A stretch of 64,000 bases of DNA from Octopus sinensis (lineage: Eukaryota), in assembly GCF_006345805.1 (NCBI RefSeq), contig NC_042999.1:14818001-14882000 (forward strand), written 5' to 3'. Both the position numbers and the translations under genes were made by a program. A model generated the notes under the pieces. The model did no database searches. It saw nothing but the letters and a program-made list of their open reading frames with translations, and was not told the DNA's origin. Shown piece by piece: positions 61,794 to 64,000 of this stretch (position 1 is the first letter of the stretch; each line of letters begins with the position of its first letter).

Positions 61794-61879
61794 CTAAATT
61801 AAATGAAAAAGAAATACGATAAAGTTCTATAAACTATATCATTTTCGATATCTTCATTAAGATATATATATATATATAT

Positions 61880-62260
61880 ATATTATATTAAATTAGAGAT
61901 AAAACCACTATTAGGCAAATCAAACAGTGAAAATCATAAACCAATACATAGAAATAAAATTAATTAATAAAAAATATATAAAATATAAAATTCCCAAATT
62001 AAAAAATTTAAATTGTAGTTAAAATTTTTTAAAATATTTAAATTTATATATATAAATTTAAATATATATATTTAAAATTTATAAGTTTAAATTATTATTT
62101 TAAATAATTTTTTAAATTTTAACTTTAATTAAATTTTTTAATTTTGGAATTTTATATCTTATATATCTTTTATTAATTAATTTTATTTCTATGTATTGGT
62201 TTATGATTTTTACTGTTTGATTTGCCTAATAGTGTTTTTATCTCTAATTTAATATAATAT
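61880..62260. repeat. ~380-bp AT-rich fold-back (long imperfect palindrome)
   Basis: tattatattaaattagagataaaaccactattaggcaaatcaaacagt... is mirrored by ...actgtttgatttgcctaatagtgtttttatctctaatttaatataata. Confidence 0.88.
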
Positions 62261-63317
62261 AATATAATATATTTATACTATAAAATTAGATTTAATCCTA
62301 AATCTGATTTTTCCCTGTAAGTTTGGATTTATTCCCTAATATTTTATTATATATATATATATATATGAATTTATTCAAATACACAGGTATACCTGTATAT
62401 AAGCATGGTTATGTGGTAAGAAGTTTCCTTCCCAACCGCATGGTTTTGGGTTATATGTATATATATATATATACATATATATATATAAACACATAAATAT
62501 ATATATATATATACATACATATATAAATACATATATATATATATACATACATATATACATACATATACACATACATATATATACATATATCTATTTACAT
62601 ACATATATTTACATCATACATATATACATACACACACACACACACATATATACATACATCTACATATATATATATATATATATATATAGATGTATGTATA
62701 TATATATAAAACTGAGAATGTGTGTGTGTCTGTCTGTCTGTACGTGTGTATCACTAAAACTCGAGAATTACCCAGCCAATTGTTTTGACGTCACGGTCAA
62801 ATGAGTGTAAAACCATGCCAACACTTATAACAGATTGCATCATCAGATAAGTGTATTTTTGGAAATCGAGGAAGTAGGAAATAAGAAAATATAATGAAAA
62901 TAAGCTCATTTTAATAATTGCTACGAACGTGACCCACCCAGTAGTTTCCTTTGTATAGTCACAATAGCATTAAATTCATGTTACACTACCTGACTAGTCT
63001 AACATCTATGGGAGGCAAGATAAATAGAGACATTCTCGGAATAATTGGTGAGCCATAAAAAATGACAACTATTTGAGCACTGAATAACTTTGTGTCACAG
63101 ATATTTGCCAAACCCTAAATTTAATATTTAATTAAATGTCTAATTATATATATACAAAGCACAGGTGTGGCATGTGCTAAGAAGTTTGCTTCCTAACAAC
63201 ATGGTTTCCGGTTCAGTCTCATTGAGTGGCATATTGTGTAAGTGTCTTCTACTACAGCCCCGGGTTGACCAAACACTTGTAAGTGGATTTTGTAGGCAGA
63301 AATTGAAAGAAGTTCAT

Positions 63318-63351
<34 letters not shown>

Positions 63352-63664
63352 GAAAAATACAAACTGGGACAAGAACGTAAAAACACTTAGAAGACGATAC
63401 AAAAAACACAGACGGGACATTCGAAGCCTTCAATCTTTAGTCAAGAACCGGATCATCGTAGCAATTTCGGCTGATTAATATATATATATATATATATATA
63501 CGTTTTATTATTATTGTTTTGCAATTTACTTAATCATCAGTATATTATTGTTATTTTATTTTTAATATTTCTATTATATGTAATTTTCTAGATGGTATAA
63601 TTTAATTGTTCATTTTGAATTGATAAAAGGTGTTTTTTCTAATTTATATATATATATGTATATA

Positions 63665-63820
63665 TGAAGACCTCCACGACGGTAGAATTACGATTTCAGG
63701 AGGACGATTGGGATCACGTAGATGAGAAAGCCACGATCCAGAGAGGAGTGGACAGCGTGCTGTGACCAGCAGTGTCAAATGGACGCCCGACGGACTGGTC
63801 AGTCAAGGTGATCAAGGTGG
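63665..63820 (+). mobile_element. Probable RTE-type LINE 3' end
   Basis: GC-richer island between (TA)n tracts with tcaaggtga tail repeats. Confidence 0.5.
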
Positions 63821-64000
63821 ATATATATATATATACACACATCATGCATACATATATACATATACATACATACATATAGACACACATACATACATACACA
63901 CATGCATACATACATACATACATACATACATACATACATACATGCATGCATGCATACATACATACATATACATATATATATACACCATTCGCCATGACTG

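Overview
AT-rich, very repeat-dense animal genomic DNA. The SINE families, Helitron/Penelope content and microsatellites point to an octopus or other coleoid cephalopod (inference). The ORF track is almost all spurious SINE/microsatellite ORFs. Reading splice sites by hand gives two convergent spliced genes. (1) A + strand universal stress protein (USP/UspA domain) gene: three coding exons at 22666-27971, an intact ATP-binding motif and a His-rich tail; its first exon was not found. (2) A - strand, strongly diverged TBK1/IKK-epsilon-family kinase gene: 11 frame-compatible exons from 61793 down to about 32296, giving 417 aa (kinase C-lobe, ubiquitin-like domain, shortened scaffold domain); the N-lobe exons lie beyond the window end. 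The rest is at least four SINE families, CR1/RTE/R4 LINE remnants, non-autonomous Helitrons, piggyBac-like and Merlin/Mutator-like MITEs, a collapsed Gypsy element, a hAT remnant, Penelope-like fragments with minimal hammerhead motifs, a 158-bp x5 G-rich tandem array and a 1.34-kb tandem triplication. I see no clear-cut new biological system. The best leads are the truncated IKK-related kinase, inverted repeats bracketing its exons, a duplicated RORE+DR2 nuclear-receptor module and the hammerhead-bearing repeats. Repeat coordinates are approximate; exon coordinates were checked base by base.
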